Positions 35,301 through 45,933 of a stretch of DNA of 64,000 nt are shown here, in pieces. The notes under the pieces are model-generated. The model saw only the letters and a program-made list of their open reading frames with translations. It did not search any database and was not told where the DNA came from. Made by a program: the position numbers and the translations under genes. The first letter of the stretch is position 1. Each line of letters opens with the position of its first letter. This DNA comes from an uncultured Gemmatimonadaceae bacterium (GTDB lineage Bacteria; Gemmatimonadota; Gemmatimonadetes; Gemmatimonadales; Gemmatimonadaceae), in contig OY970320.1 of NCBI GenBank assembly GCA_963716745.1, positions 672,001 through 736,000 on the forward strand, given 5' to 3'.

Positions 35301-35349
35301 TGAGGAAATCGCGACGCTTCACGCCGTCGGGCATCTCGCGCTCACTCAT
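32345..35349 (-). CDS. actB: ACIII subunit ActB (molybdopterin-oxidoreductase-like domain plus Fe-S domain); frameshifts near 34495 and 34165
   Basis: Tat signal KRRDFLK plus TAGC; CRECSAGC; HHPLESWGD; NKPWLQELPDP; CTGCSACVTAC, CQHCGNAPCEPVCP, CVGTRYCSNNCP, MEKCSFC, CAQACP. Confidence 0.92.
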
Positions 35350-35362
35350 GCGGGCGTCGTCT

Positions 35363-36052
35363 CTAGTAGTGGCAGGTGGCGCAATCGAACGCGGCCTTCC
35401 ATGCCTTGTTCACGTTCCCGACATGACAATTCACGCACCACCCCATGTTCAGCGAGGGATACTGGAACACGCGCGTCATGTTCTGCACCGGACCGTGGCA
35501 CGCCTGGCAGTTCACGCCGGCGTTCACGTGCCGCATGTGCGGGAAGTTCACGTAGTCGGGCACACGGTAGATGCGCTGCCACGGGATCGCTTCCTTCTTC
35601 GTCCAATACGCCTGCAGTTTCTGGATCCCCTCGCTCGTGCGCGCGGGCTTGCCGTTCATCGCGGGACGATTCGGGCCCACGATGAGGTGACATCCCATGC
35701 AGGTGCCGACCGCGGGCATGCCCGGGTCGGGCGCTTTGTTCGCGGAGAAGTGGCAATACAAGCAATTCATGCCGAGCGTTTGCACGTGCGTCGGATGCGG
35801 GAACGCGATCGGTTGCACGGGCGCGCGCCCCTGAGGCGTCGAGGCGCCGGAGTATCCCCATGGCGCGCGCTCGACGGTTGTGTCTGGCGGTTGGGTCGCG
35901 GCGGGCGTCGCGGGCGATGACGTGGGACCGCTCTGAGGAGCGGCGCTCTGCTGGCCCGCGGAAGCCGACGTCACGAATACCACGCGATACGAAGCGAGGG
36001 ACGAAAGCACGACGACGGCACCAGCGATCGCCCACGAGCTGCGCAGTGTCAT
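35363..36052 (-). CDS. actA: ACIII subunit ActA, pentaheme cytochrome c
   Basis: Five CxxCH motifs (CLYCH, CMGCH, CQACH, CVNCH, CATCH); PVQPIAFPH, VNFPHMRH, LNMGWC. Confidence 0.93.
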   Translation of the reverse strand: MTLRSSWAIAGAVVVLSSLASYRVVFVTSASAGQQSAAPQSGPTSSPATPAATQPPDTTVERAPWGYSGASTPQGRAPVQPIAFPHPTHVQTLGMNCLYCHFSANKAPDPGMPAVGTCMGCHLIVGPNRPAMNGKPARTSEGIQKLQAYWTKKEAIPWQRIYRVPDYVNFPHMRHVNAGVNCQACHGPVQNMTRVFQYPSLNMGWCVNCHVGNVNKAWKAAFDCATCHY

Positions 36053-36188
36053 CGAGCGAGTGGTCCTCGCGAGGGGAAGAGCGAACGGGTGAAAGAACTT
36101 GGCAACTTCACCGCGCGGAAAACTGCCCGTCTGAGAGGCGCGGCGCAAGTGCCGCGCGTCGCGTCGCGCGCGCGATGCGGTGTGCGCT

Positions 36189-36932
36189 TCACCGCGCGAG
36201 CAAGGCCGACGCGTCGGCCAGCGTTATCCCGAGTAAATCGTTCGGCAACAATTCGAGATTCGCGCGCGGCGTTTGCGTCAGTCGCAGCGGCCAGCCGCTG
36301 CCATAGAGCAGGCGCCCCGGCCCCACAGTGCGCACGAGATGCGCGAGATCGTCGGCCGGGGGTCCCGCGACCCACGAGATGTCCCACCAGATGCGCATGC
36401 GCTCCTCGTGCGTGAGCGATTCGCGGGTGGACTCGATGAGTTCGCGGCCGGCGGCGGCGATCACGATCTTCACGCGCACCGATGCACGCACGGCGCTTCG
36501 GATCGCCGCGGCGTTCAGCATCGGCGCGCGCTCGAGCCGCACGGTGAGCAGGAGCGGGATGCCCGCCTCGCCACACGCGGATGCGAGTTCGTTCATCGCG
36601 GGATCGTCGGCTCGCATCTTCCATTTGCGTGGATAGGCACGGATCGCGGCGGCACCGCGAACCACCTCGCGCTCGAGCGCCTGCTCCCACCCGTCGCGGC
36701 CGGGCCGGATCGCGGGCACATGCGCGAGCACGCCGCGGTGCGCGCTCAGCGCGGCGAAGAGCGCGTCATTGCCGGGTAGCGGATCGTCGGCGAACGCCGA
36801 TGGCAAGTAACCCACCCAGCCGCCGTCCACGCCTTCGCGCGTGAGCACGCGCGCGAGCACGGCGGCCTCGGGGTGCGGCACCGCGCGATATGGCACGCTG
36901 CCGATGGAGAGATTCACATCGATGAGGCTCAC
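36189..36932 (-). CDS. amidohydrolase_2-like TIM-barrel protein lacking metal ligands
   Basis: GTG start LIDVNLSIG; WWDISWV; GPGRLLYGSGWP; no HxH motif and no beta8 Asp. Confidence 0.7.
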   Translation of the reverse strand: MSLIDVNLSIGSVPYRAVPHPEAAVLARVLTREGVDGGWVGYLPSAFADDPLPGNDALFAALSAHRGVLAHVPAIRPGRDGWEQALEREVVRGAAAIRAYPRKWKMRADDPAMNELASACGEAGIPLLLTVRLERAPMLNAAAIRSAVRASVRVKIVIAAAGRELIESTRESLTHEERMRIWWDISWVAGPPADDLAHLVRTVGPGRLLYGSGWPLRLTQTPRANLELLPNDLLGITLADASALLAR

Positions 36933-37660
36933 GCCGGCTCCGCGAGCTTCGGGAAGACGCGGAATGCGTTCTTCCACCGGATCGCCTCGATCACGTCGGT
37001 GCCCGGCGCGATCACGTCGAGCGCGCGCAGCTGCGCGAGCCCCGTTTCCATTTGCGCGCCGGTGCCCCAGAGCAGGCGCTCGGGCCCGAGCACCCCGAGC
37101 GCGCGATCGAGCATCCCGCGCTCGGTACGCGCGCCGGAGATGTCCACGGCCACGTTCGTGAGCGGCGCGACGGAGGCGATGGTGCTCTCCCAGTACGGAT
37201 CGTCGCCAAGCGCGGCGAGCACGAAGGTCGTTCCCGGGTGATCCTTCGCGAGCCGGGCGATGACCGCGCGGTCGCCGAACCGGAGCGGCATGCGGTGCAG
37301 CGCGCACGTTTCCGCGATCGCCGCGTGCGAGTGGTGCGAGAATTCGGCCCATATCTGCAACTCGATCGCCACGACTCCTCCCTTCGCGGCGTCGACGATC
37401 GCCTGGCGCATCTCCTCCTCGCCGAAATCTTCATCGCTGTCGTCTGATTCCATGGCAGCGTCGAGGAAGTCCAGCGGATTGACCCACGCGCAAATGCGGA
37501 CCGACGGAGCGCGCCGCCGCTCGATCGCGTCGTGCGCGCGCGGCACGATGTGCGTCGTGATCCCGATCCGCTCGGCCGCGCGCATCCGTGCGTCGTTCGG
37601 GAGATCGGCCGAGATCCCCGCGCTCGCGGGCGCGAACGCCGCGTTCACGTCCACGAGCAT
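36929..37660 (-). CDS. amidohydrolase_2-like TIM-barrel protein lacking metal ligands
   Basis: LVDVNAAF; AWVNP; HPGTTFVLAALG; NVAVDISG; LGPERLLWGTG; WKNAFRVF. Confidence 0.7.
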   Translation of the reverse strand: MLVDVNAAFAPASAGISADLPNDARMRAAERIGITTHIVPRAHDAIERRRAPSVRICAWVNPLDFLDAAMESDDSDEDFGEEEMRQAIVDAAKGGVVAIELQIWAEFSHHSHAAIAETCALHRMPLRFGDRAVIARLAKDHPGTTFVLAALGDDPYWESTIASVAPLTNVAVDISGARTERGMLDRALGVLGPERLLWGTGAQMETGLAQLRALDVIAPGTDVIEAIRWKNAFRVFPKLAEPA

Positions 37661-38440
37661 CACGACCCTCCGCCGCGCACCCGCTCGATGGTGCGCAGCA
37701 CTTCCAGCGCCATCGAGCGCGCCAGCATGATCTCGCGCGCGTTCGGCGCGGCGCGATACGTGAGCGAGCGCAGGCTCCGCATCACCAGCTCGGGATTCCG
37801 CGTGCGGAAGAAGTCCATCGCCGCGAGCGCGCGCTCGGCGTCGGCGAACAGCTCTTCGAATTGCTCGGCGCTCGCGGGCGGCGCATCCTTGCGCGGCGGC
37901 GCGAGCGTGCGCGCGTTCTCCGGCGCGGCGCACCGCAACTCGTACAGCGCGAGGATCACGGCCTGCGCCAGATTCAGCGACGCACGCTCGGTGGTGGGGA
38001 TCGTGAGCACCACATGCGCGCGGTCGAGTTCGTCGTTAGTGAGCCCCGACTCCTCGCGCCCGAACACGAGCGCCACGGTGCCTTCGCGAGCGGCAGCGAT
38101 CAGATCCGGCGACGCTTCGCGCGGCGCGCTCACCGCCCACTTGGCCGCCCGACGCCGCGCGGTGAACCCTGCCACGCGCACGCAGCCCTCGAGCGCCGCG
38201 TCGAGCGTATCGTAGTGCCGCATCTGCTCCACGATGTCGCGCGTGTCGTGCGCGATCGTCTCGATCTGCTCCGGTGTGTACGCGCCCGGCCGCACCAGGC
38301 GCAAGCCGCCGGCGCCCATGTTCGCCGCCGCGCGCACCGCCGCCGCGATGTTCACCGCGTGCTTGGGCTCCACGAGCACGACGATGATGTTCGCCAGCGG
38401 GTCGGCGTCGCGCGCGGATGCGTCGGTGGAGCGGTGTCAT
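37660..38440 (-). CDS. TrmJ/TrmH (SPOUT) RNA methyltransferase; probable frameshift just after ATG 38440
   Basis: IIVVLVEPKHAVNIAAAVRAAANMG, ALVFGREESGLTNDEL, SLNLAQAV. Confidence 0.88.
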
Positions 38441-38522
38441 TCCAGAGCAAAGTTCGCCGCCGCACTCCGCGCCCGCAACACACGTGGTTGACCCGCGCCA
38501 CTCCCCCGCCGAGCTTTGGGGC

Positions 38523-39170
38523 ATGCAATGGCTCTCGAACTTCTTTCACCAGCTGTCCGACCTCGAAGGGCTGATCCGCTGGGGCGGCTACTTCGTCATC
38601 ACCGCCATCATTTTCGCGGAGACCGGACTTCTCCTCGGCTTCTTCCTCCCCGGCGATTCGCTGCTGGTCACGGCGGGGCTGCTCTGCGGCACGGGACTGC
38701 TCAACATCTGGCTGCTCGGGATCCTCGTCACGGTGGCGGCGATCGTGGGCCAGTCGCTGGGCTACGCGATCGGCAAGGCCGCCGGGCCGCCGCTCTTCAA
38801 GCGCGAGGATTCACGGTTCTTCAAACGCCGCTATCTGGTGCAGGCGCATGAATTCTACGAGAAGCACGGCGGCAAGACCGTCGTCATCGCGCGGTTCATG
38901 CCGATCTTCCGCACGTTCGTGCCGGTCGTGGCCGGCGCGGCGGCGATGGAGTTCCGCGCGTACACTATCTTCAATGTGGTGGGCGCGGCGCTCTGGGTCT
39001 GGAGCATGCTGATCATCGGATATCTGCTGGGCAACATCCCAGGCGTACGGCAGCACATCGATGTCGTTATCATTGTGGTGATCCTCCTCTCGCTCATGCC
39101 AGGCGCGATCGCATGGCTCCGCCAGCGTCAGCAAGCGGCGCGTCCAGAGAACACCCTTCCGGAGAAATGA
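38523..39170 (+). CDS. dedA: DedA/VTT family membrane protein
   Basis: [41 protein letters not shown]. Confidence 0.92.
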   Translation: MQWLSNFFHQLSDLEGLIRWGGYFVITAIIFAETGLLLGFFLPGDSLLVTAGLLCGTGLLNIWLLGILVTVAAIVGQSLGYAIGKAAGPPLFKREDSRFFKRRYLVQAHEFYEKHGGKTVVIARFMPIFRTFVPVVAGAAAMEFRAYTIFNVVGAALWVWSMLIIGYLLGNIPGVRQHIDVVIIVVILLSLMPGAIAWLRQRQQAARPENTLPEK

Positions 39171-39171
39171 A

Positions 39172-39789
39172 ATGGCATTCACGCTCCCGCCCCTTCCCTT
39201 CGACGCCGCCGCGCTCGAGCCGCACATCGATGCGATGACGATGTCGATCCATCACGATAAGCATCATCAGGCGTACGTCACGAATCTCAACGCGGCGCTC
39301 GAGAAGGCGCCCGATCTCTTCGGTAAGAGCCTGGACGACATCATCAAGAACCTGAACGCGGTGCCCGAGGCGATCCGCGGCGCGGTGCGCAACAACGGCG
39401 GCGGCCACTGGAATCATTCCCTCTTCTGGCGTCTCATGGTGCCGAAGAGCGGCGGTGAACCCAGTGGCGACCTCGGCGCGGCGATCCGCTCTACCTTCGG
39501 CGACTTCGCGAAATTCCGCGAGCAGATCAACGCCGCCGGCCTCGCGCGCTTCGGATCGGGCTGGGCGTGGCTCGTGCTGGACGGCTCGGGCGCGCTCAAG
39601 ATCGAGAGCACGCCGAACCAGGACAATCCGCTCATGGAGGGCAAGACGGCGCTGTTCGGCGTGGACGTGTGGGAACACGCGTACTACCTCAAGTACCAGA
39701 ACCGCCGCGCCGACTACCTCAATGCGTTCTGGAACGTCGTGCACTGGGGCGAAGTGCAGTCGCGTTACGAGGCGGCGAAGAAGAAATAG
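39172..39789 (+). CDS. sodA: superoxide dismutase, Mn-type signature
   Basis: [41 protein letters not shown]. Confidence 0.95.
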   Translation: MAFTLPPLPFDAAALEPHIDAMTMSIHHDKHHQAYVTNLNAALEKAPDLFGKSLDDIIKNLNAVPEAIRGAVRNNGGGHWNHSLFWRLMVPKSGGEPSGDLGAAIRSTFGDFAKFREQINAAGLARFGSGWAWLVLDGSGALKIESTPNQDNPLMEGKTALFGVDVWEHAYYLKYQNRRADYLNAFWNVVHWGEVQSRYEAAKKK

Positions 39790-39790
39790 T

Positions 39791-39846
39791 TCATCGTGCG
39801 TCGTTCCTCGTTCCTCAGCCTTCGCTCGAGGAACGGGGAACGATGA
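39791..39846. repeat. heptamer-arm hairpin (TCGTTCC / GGAACGA) between convergent genes
   Basis: tcgttcc tcgttcc tc ... ga ggaacgg ggaacga; overlaps the antiporter 3' end. Confidence 0.7.
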
Positions 39847-40983
39847 TCCGCGCCAGCCATGGCGGCGCGATGAAGGTGGTGACCATCACCATGAGCGTGA
39901 GCGCGCTGAACAGTTGAACGTTCAACACGCCCGAAGTCAGCCCCACCTGCGCGAAGATCAAGCCCACTTCGCCGCGCGGCACCATCGCGACGCCCACGAG
40001 CAGCTTGTTCCCCCGGAACCACCAGGGCGAGAATCCCGCGAGGACCTTCCCCGCGATGCCCACCGCGATCAGCGCACCGCCGATCAGCAGGATCGGTCCG
40101 TGCAGCGAGCGCGCGCACGTCGACGCTCGCGCCGACCACGGCGAAGAAGAGCGGCACCACGTAGTGACCGAGCGTCGTGATGCTCCCCTCGATGGCATCG
40201 CGCTGCTTGGTCCCGTGCAGGATGAGTCCCGCGGCGAACGCGCCGATGATCATCGCGGAACCGGACGTGTCCGCGAGCCACGCGAGCAACAGCGCGATCG
40301 AGAGCGCCAGCGGACCCAGAACTTCCGCCGAGCCGGCGAACGCGCCGATGCCCTTGATCGTCGGCGGCACGACGATGTTGCCGATCACCAGCGCCGCCAC
40401 GATGAACCCGACAGCGATGCCCGCGATCCGCACGACTTCCAGCGGCGTCACGCTCAGGCCGCTCGCCAGACCGCTCACCACCGAGAGGATGATCAGGCCC
40501 ACGATGTCGTCCAGCACCGCCGCGCCGAGCACGACCTGCCCTTCGCGCGAGGCGAGCTGCCCGAGATCGGTGAGCACGCGCGCCGAGATCCCGATCGATG
40601 TCGCGGTGAGCGCCGCGCCGCAGACGATCGCCGGCAATTCGGCTGACGCCGAGCACCCGCGCCACGATGTAGCCGGCCACGAACGGCACCGCGACGCCGA
40701 CGCTCGCGACCATCGCCGCGGTCCCTCCCACGCGGATCAGCGATCGCAGGCTCGTATGCAGCCCGATCTCGAGGAGCAGCACGAGCACGCCCAACTCGGA
40801 CAGAGCGTGCATCACCGGTTCGGTCGGGTGCAGCACGTTCAGCAGCGACCCGCCGAGCAACACGCCCGCGAGCAACTCCCCGAGCACCGCGGGTTGTCCG
40901 ATGCGCTGCGCCGCCGCGCCGAGCAGCTTGGCGGCGGCGAGCACGATGAGCAGAGCGAGGATCAGCGATGCGACGTCGTGCAT
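39815..40983 (-). CDS. cation:proton antiporter (CPA2, KefB/NhaS3-like); frameshifts near 40640 and 40105
   Basis: GQPAVLGELLAG, ATSIGISARVL, GAAVLDDIVG, GAFAAG, PLFFA, AMVPRGEVGLIF, across three ORF fragments. Confidence 0.87.
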
Positions 40984-40996
40984 TGGCTCGCGCCGC

Positions 40997-42964
40997 CTAC
41001 TCGGGCGTGATGTCGCCCTCGAGGTACGTGTAACCCTCGAGCCCCGCCACGTATTCCGCGATGAACGTGTTCGCCTCGGCGCGCGAGAGATCCTTCGCGG
41101 CGGCCACCTTCCGCCGGAACATCGCGAGCAGATCGGCCGCGCGGAACTGGACGTAGTTCAGCACTTCCGTCACGGTGTCGCCGTGCACGAGGTCGGTCAC
41201 CTCATATCCGTTCGGCGAGAGCCGCACGTGCACCGCGTTCGTGTCGCCGAACAGGTTGTGCAGATCGCCCAGGATCTCCTGGTACGCGCCCGTGAGGAAG
41301 ATCGCGAGGATGTATTCCTCGCCGTGCCGGAACGGATGGAGTTCGAGCGCCGGGCGCCCGTGCTTGCCTCCGGTGAAGCGGTCGATCTTCCCATCGGAGT
41401 CGCACGTGACATCCTGCAGCGTGCCGCGGCGGTCCGGCGCCTCGTTCAGGCGGTGGATCGGCATGATCGGGAAGAGATGGTCGATCGCCCAGCTGTCGGG
41501 CAGCGACTGGAAGACGGAGAAATTGCAGAAGTACCGGTCGACGCGCTGCGCTTCGAGCTCGTCGATGATATCCTCGTACTCCTCGCGGTCCTTCTGCGCG
41601 ATGCGCACCGCGGCGTTGATCGTGGCCGTGTACAGCTGCTCGGCGAGCGCGCGGCCGCGCAGCGAGAGCACGCCGCTGATGAACAGCGCCTGCGCGCGTT
41701 CCTTGGCGAACGTCGCGTCGTGGTACACCTCACGCACCGACCGCGCCGTGAGCGACGCCAACTCCTCTCGCATCTCGTGCAGGATCGGATGATCGTCGTC
41801 GGTGAGCTGCGGCGCTTCGATCGACTGCGGCGATTCCACGTCGATCACATTGATCAGCAGCAGCGCGTGGTGCGCGGTCACCGCGCGCCCCGACTCGGTG
41901 ATCAAATGCGGCATCGGCAGGTCGTGCTCTTTGCACGCTTCCGCCAGCGTGTACACCACGTCGTTCGCGTACTCCTGCACAGAGTAGTTCACGCTCGCGG
42001 TGACGGTCGAGCCCGAGCCGTCGTAGTCGATGCCGAGGCCGCCGCCCACGTCCACGTGCGTGATGTTCACGCCCGCGGCATGCATCTCCTCGTAGAAGCG
42101 CGCCACTTCCTGCAGCCCGGTCTTGATGTAGCGGATGTCGGTGATCTGCGACCCGAGATGGAAATGGATGAGCTTGAGGAAGTCGAGCGAATCCGCTTCG
42201 CGCAGGCGGTCGATCACCTTCACGAGTTCGCTCGCGCTCACGCCGAACTTGCTCTTCTCGCCGCCCGTCTCGGCCCAGCGTCCGAATCCCTCGGAGGCGA
42301 GCTTGATCCGCACGCCGGCCGTGGGCCGCACACCCATCTCGCGCGCGACGCGGAGCAGCGTCTCCACTTCCGTCATCTGCTCGAGGACGATGAACACACG
42401 GTGGCCCAGCTTCTGCCCCATGAGCGCGAGCCGCATGAACTCCTCGTCCTTGTAGCCGTTGCACACGATCGTGTGCGAGGTGTCCTCGCTCATCGCCAGC
42501 ACGATCTGGAGTTCCGGCTTACTGCCGCATTCGAGCCCGACGCCCATCGACGAGCCGAACTGGACGATCTCTTCCACGACGTGCCGCTGCTGATTCACCT
42601 TCACCGGGTACACGAGCGTGTAGCCGCCGTCGTAGGCGAATTCCTTCATCGCGTCGCGGAATCCGACGGTGAGCGTCTCAATGCGGCTGCGGAGGATGTC
42701 GGAGAAGCGCAGGAGCATCGGGAGTCCCACGCCCTGCGCGGCGAGGTCGGTCGCCATCTCGAAAAGGTCCAGTTCGCGATCGGGACGCGCGCGGTCGGGG
42801 CGCACCACCGCGCGGCCGCGCGCGTTGATGTCGAAGTAGCCCAACCCCCAGCCCTCGATGTTGTACAGCAGGCGCGCGTCCTCGATCGACCACGCGGGAT
42901 CGGATGCCGGCGCGGCGGGGGCAGCCGGCGGCGCGGCGGCGGGCGTGATCGTGCTCGGATTCAT
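40997..42964 (-). CDS. speA: biosynthetic arginine decarboxylase
   Basis: YPVKVNQ, GLECGSKPEL, CNGYKD, HFHLGSQI, DVGGGLGIDYDG, NFSVFQSLPDSW, TCDSDG, GAYQEILGDLHNLFG. Confidence 0.96.
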   Translation of the reverse strand: MNPSTITPAAAPPAAPAAPASDPAWSIEDARLLYNIEGWGLGYFDINARGRAVVRPDRARPDRELDLFEMATDLAAQGVGLPMLLRFSDILRSRIETLTVGFRDAMKEFAYDGGYTLVYPVKVNQQRHVVEEIVQFGSSMGVGLECGSKPELQIVLAMSEDTSHTIVCNGYKDEEFMRLALMGQKLGHRVFIVLEQMTEVETLLRVAREMGVRPTAGVRIKLASEGFGRWAETGGEKSKFGVSASELVKVIDRLREADSLDFLKLIHFHLGSQITDIRYIKTGLQEVARFYEEMHAAGVNITHVDVGGGLGIDYDGSGSTVTASVNYSVQEYANDVVYTLAEACKEHDLPMPHLITESGRAVTAHHALLLINVIDVESPQSIEAPQLTDDDHPILHEMREELASLTARSVREVYHDATFAKERAQALFISGVLSLRGRALAEQLYTATINAAVRIAQKDREEYEDIIDELEAQRVDRYFCNFSVFQSLPDSWAIDHLFPIMPIHRLNEAPDRRGTLQDVTCDSDGKIDRFTGGKHGRPALELHPFRHGEEYILAIFLTGAYQEILGDLHNLFGDTNAVHVRLSPNGYEVTDLVHGDTVTEVLNYVQFRAADLLAMFRRKVAAAKDLSRAEANTFIAEYVAGLEGYTYLEGDITPE

Positions 42965-42998
42965 GGGCGTGAAGTTAGGGGCGGTGCGGCCGGTCGCG

Positions 42999-43580
42999 CT
43001 ATGGGAAGAGACGGCGGAGCGTCCAGGCGCCGCCGAGTCGCTCGAATACGCGCCGCTCGTGCAAACAATGCGCGCGCCCGTGCCAGAACTCGATGCGCTC
43101 GGGCACGACGCGGAATCCACTCCAGTGCGGCGGGCGCGGCACCGCCCGCCCGGCGAACCGCGCTTCCACCTCGCGCACCTGCGCGTCGAGCTCCGCGTCG
43201 CTCGCCAGCGTCTCGCTCTGCCGCGACGCCCATGCGCCGATCTGACTGTCGCGCGCGCGTGTCGCGAAGTACGCATCCGCCTCGGCGTCGGTCACGCGCT
43301 CCACCGTCCCCTCGACGCGCACCTGCCGCTCGAGCGGCGCCCAGTGGAAGACGAGCGCCGCCCGCGCGTTCGCGGCGAGTTCCTTCCCTTTGCGGCTGCC
43401 GAGATTGGTGTAGAACACGAAGCCCCGCGCATCGAGCGCTTTGAGCAGCACGATGCGCGCGCTCGGCGCGCCATCGGCGCCCACGGTCGCGAGCGTCATC
43501 GCGGTCGGCTCCGGAAGCCGCGCGCGGTCCACCGCCTCCGCCGCGGCGAAGTGCTCGCGGAATTCCGCGAAGGGGTCCAT
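42999..43580 (-). CDS. pdxH: pyridoxine/pyridoxamine 5'-phosphate oxidase
   Basis: [48 protein letters not shown]. Confidence 0.95.
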   Translation of the reverse strand: MDPFAEFREHFAAAEAVDRARLPEPTAMTLATVGADGAPSARIVLLKALDARGFVFYTNLGSRKGKELAANARAALVFHWAPLERQVRVEGTVERVTDAEADAYFATRARDSQIGAWASRQSETLASDAELDAQVREVEARFAGRAVPRPPHWSGFRVVPERIEFWHGRAHCLHERRVFERLGGAWTLRRLFP

Positions 43581-43639
43581 GGCGAGGAATCTCGGCGAGC
43601 GCGCACGCGCTCGCCAGCGTTCGAGCGGGCGCCGTACGC

Positions 43640-45598
43640 TCAGCGCGGCGCTTGCGGCGGCGGTGGATTGGGCGGCCGGCCCTTGAACACGGGAGCGCTC
43701 ACGTTCAACGACTTGCCGGCCGAGTCGCGCTGCGCGCGCGCGCTGTCGTCGATCGCTTTCATGATCTTGTCGACGTTCACCGTGGGGAGCGCGGCACCCA
43801 CCGAGCGGCGGGATGGCGGCGTGACCTGTTCATTGTCCTGCGCGGCGGCGGCCTTGGCCGGGCGTTCCGGCGGCGGCGCGGGCGGAGGCGGCGCGGGGTC
43901 CACCTTCTGCTCGGGCGCCGACTGGACCGCGGCGCTGTCCTTCACGATCGGGCCGACCGCTTTCGCGGCGAGCGAGGTCTCGGGCGCTTTCGCGGCCGTG
44001 ACGGGCGCCGGCAATGCCGCGGCACGCGCCGCGAAGGCGCCCCGTCCGTAGAGGAACCACGCGCCTGCGCCCGCAGCGACGATCGTCGCGGCCGCGGCGT
44101 ACTTGAGCCACGGGCGGCGTGAATGCAGCGGCCAATCCTCGAGGCTCACTTCGCGCCGCTCGCTCGTGTACTCCTCGTGATGCTCGATGCGGGCCGATGG
44201 CACCGTCGTGAGCGAAGTGCTCTGCGTGAGCAGGCTCGCGTACGTTTCACTCGGCGTACGCGACGCGACGCCGTCGCTCACGGCGGGAATGCGCGCGACC
44301 CGCTCGTTGGGATTCACGGGACCCGTCGGCCCCTCGACGCGCGGCGGAGGCGTGAAGCCCGGGCGGTTCATGACCACCGGCGACGTCGGCGCCTCGATCC
44401 ACGGCAATGACTTCGACTTGGTGGTCGTGGAGAGCGGCGCGGCCACCTGAGCCGGCGGAGCGGCGGCCATCGGAGCCGCCGGCGCCGCGGGCGGACCGGG
44501 CGGTGCGACGCGCGGAGCCGGCGGGGCCGCGGGCGGCGCGGCGGCCATCGGCACGCTCGCGGCCGGAGGGACGACCGCTGCGGGTGGAGGCGGCGCAGCC
44601 GCGGCAGGCGCGATCGCGGGCGGCGCCAGTGGCGTCACCGGCGGCGCGGCCGGCGGCGTCACACGGCGCTCGATGCCGGCACTCGGCGAGTCGATGCGCA
44701 GCCGCGGCTGGTCGGGCGTGGGCATGGCGGTGTCGACTTTGTGATACTCGCCCGAGATCTCGCCCAGCTGCACCGTCTCGACGCTCACGCGGCGCAGCTC
44801 GAGCGTCGCGCGCGACGCAGCGGCGGCCGGATGGTCCGCGCCCATCGACGCTTCGCGGATCTCCACCGCACGGCGCCGCAGGTCCATCTCCTCGTCGCGC
44901 TTCCCGCGCGCGCCGCAGATCTCCGCGAGCGTCTCGAGCGCCGTGGCGATCGAGGGATCGTTCGGCACGTGGATCTTCTCGCGGATCGCGAGCGCGCGGC
45001 GAGCGAGCTGCTCGCCCGCATCGTACTCGCCCTCGGCATAGCGAACCTTCGCGAGGCTCGTCAGGATGGCCGCGACCTCGGGATGACTCGCGCCCAGCGC
45101 CTCCTGCTTGATCGTGAGCAGGCGCAACAGCAGCGGCGCGGCCGCCTTGAAATCGTTCCGGCGGAAATAGAGCCGCGCGAGGTTGTTGAGCGTCACGGCG
45201 ACATCGGGATGCGCCTCGCCCAGCGCCTGTTCGCTGATCAGCAGCGCGCGGCGGAAGAGCGGCTCTGCCTGCTCCAACTCGCCGCGCGCATAGTGCAACG
45301 CCGCGAGATTGTTCAGGTTCTGCACGAGGCCGAAATGCTCGGGGCCGAGTACCGTCTCGCGGATCGCGAGCGAGCGCCGGAACAGCGCCTCCGCCTGCGC
45401 GAGATCCTTCTGCTTGTACTTGAGCTGACCGAGGTTGCTCAGGCTGGAGGCGAGGCGCACGTTGTCGCCGCCGATCGCGGTCGCTTCACGGATGGCCGCG
45501 ACGAACGCCTGCTCGGCGTTCGCGAAGTCACCCTGACTGAAGTACCGGCGGCCGGCCTCGTTGTGGGCCTCCCAGCGCGCCTCGATCGAATCGGTCAT
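43640..45598 (-). CDS. tetratricopeptide-repeat protein with Pro/Ala-rich linker and one TM
   Basis: 42-aa kinesin-light-chain-type repeats (LNNLA.LY...[15 protein letters not shown]); [20 protein letters not shown]. Confidence 0.85.
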   Translation of the reverse strand: MTDSIEARWEAHNEAGRRYFSQGDFANAEQAFVAAIREATAIGGDNVRLASSLSNLGQLKYKQKDLAQAEALFRRSLAIRETVLGPEHFGLVQNLNNLAALHYARGELEQAEPLFRRALLISEQALGEAHPDVAVTLNNLARLYFRRNDFKAAAPLLLRLLTIKQEALGASHPEVAAILTSLAKVRYAEGEYDAGEQLARRALAIREKIHVPNDPSIATALETLAEICGARGKRDEEMDLRRRAVEIREASMGADHPAAAASRATLELRRVSVETVQLGEISGEYHKVDTAMPTPDQPRLRIDSPSAGIERRVTPPAAPPVTPLAPPAIAPAAAAPPPPAAVVPPAASVPMAAAPPAAPPAPRVAPPGPPAAPAAPMAAAPPAQVAAPLSTTTKSKSLPWIEAPTSPVVMNRPGFTPPPRVEGPTGPVNPNERVARIPAVSDGVASRTPSETYASLLTQSTSLTTVPSARIEHHEEYTSERREVSLEDWPLHSRRPWLKYAAAATIVAAGAGAWFLYGRGAFAARAAALPAPVTAAKAPETSLAAKAVGPIVKDSAAVQSAPEQKVDPAPPPPAPPPERPAKAAAAQDNEQVTPPSRRSVGAALPTVNVDKIMKAIDDSARAQRDSAGKSLNVSAPVFKGRPPNPPPPQAPR

Positions 45599-45667
45599 CC
45601 AGACTCCTCCACTACACCAATGGACGCGGTTGCTCGGCCGCTGTAACCCCGTTAAGCAGCCCCTAAT

Positions 45668-45922
45668 CTAGTCCCAGGAACTTTCGACCGAGTACTCGCG
45701 ACCTTTTGACACGCCAACGAGCGTGCGCCCGAACACAAGGTGAACCGCCGCCAGCGCGAGCACTACGCAGCCCACCGAGATCCAGCTCACGACCGACTCC
45801 GTTCGATCCATCCCTTCGCCGTTCGGCCACGTGAGCCAGGCGATGAACAGACCATAGGCGAATCCCAGTCCGCCGATCACCGCGAACGCTCCCAGCGCCG
45901 CCAGGTTCGCGAACTTCTGCAT
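45668..45922 (-). CDS. small two-TM membrane protein (84 aa)
   Basis: Own RBS (GGAGG) and ATG 45922, MQKFANLAALGAF...; fused to the upstream ORF in the track only because of a frameshift. Confidence 0.7.
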   Translation of the reverse strand: MQKFANLAALGAFAVIGGLGFAYGLFIAWLTWPNGEGMDRTESVVSWISVGCVVLALAAVHLVFGRTLVGVSKGREYSVESSWD

Positions 45923-45933
45923 GGATCCCTCCG

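Noticed and set aside
28380..35349. Pseudogenised or programmed-frameshift ACIII
   Set aside because: All motifs are intact, and the same kind of indel is scattered across unrelated genes, so sequencing error is more parsimonious.
39765..39846. Antiporter ORF overlapping the sodA 3' end
   Set aside because: The overlap belongs to the out-of-frame tail of the middle fragment; the real C-terminal fragment stops at 39815.
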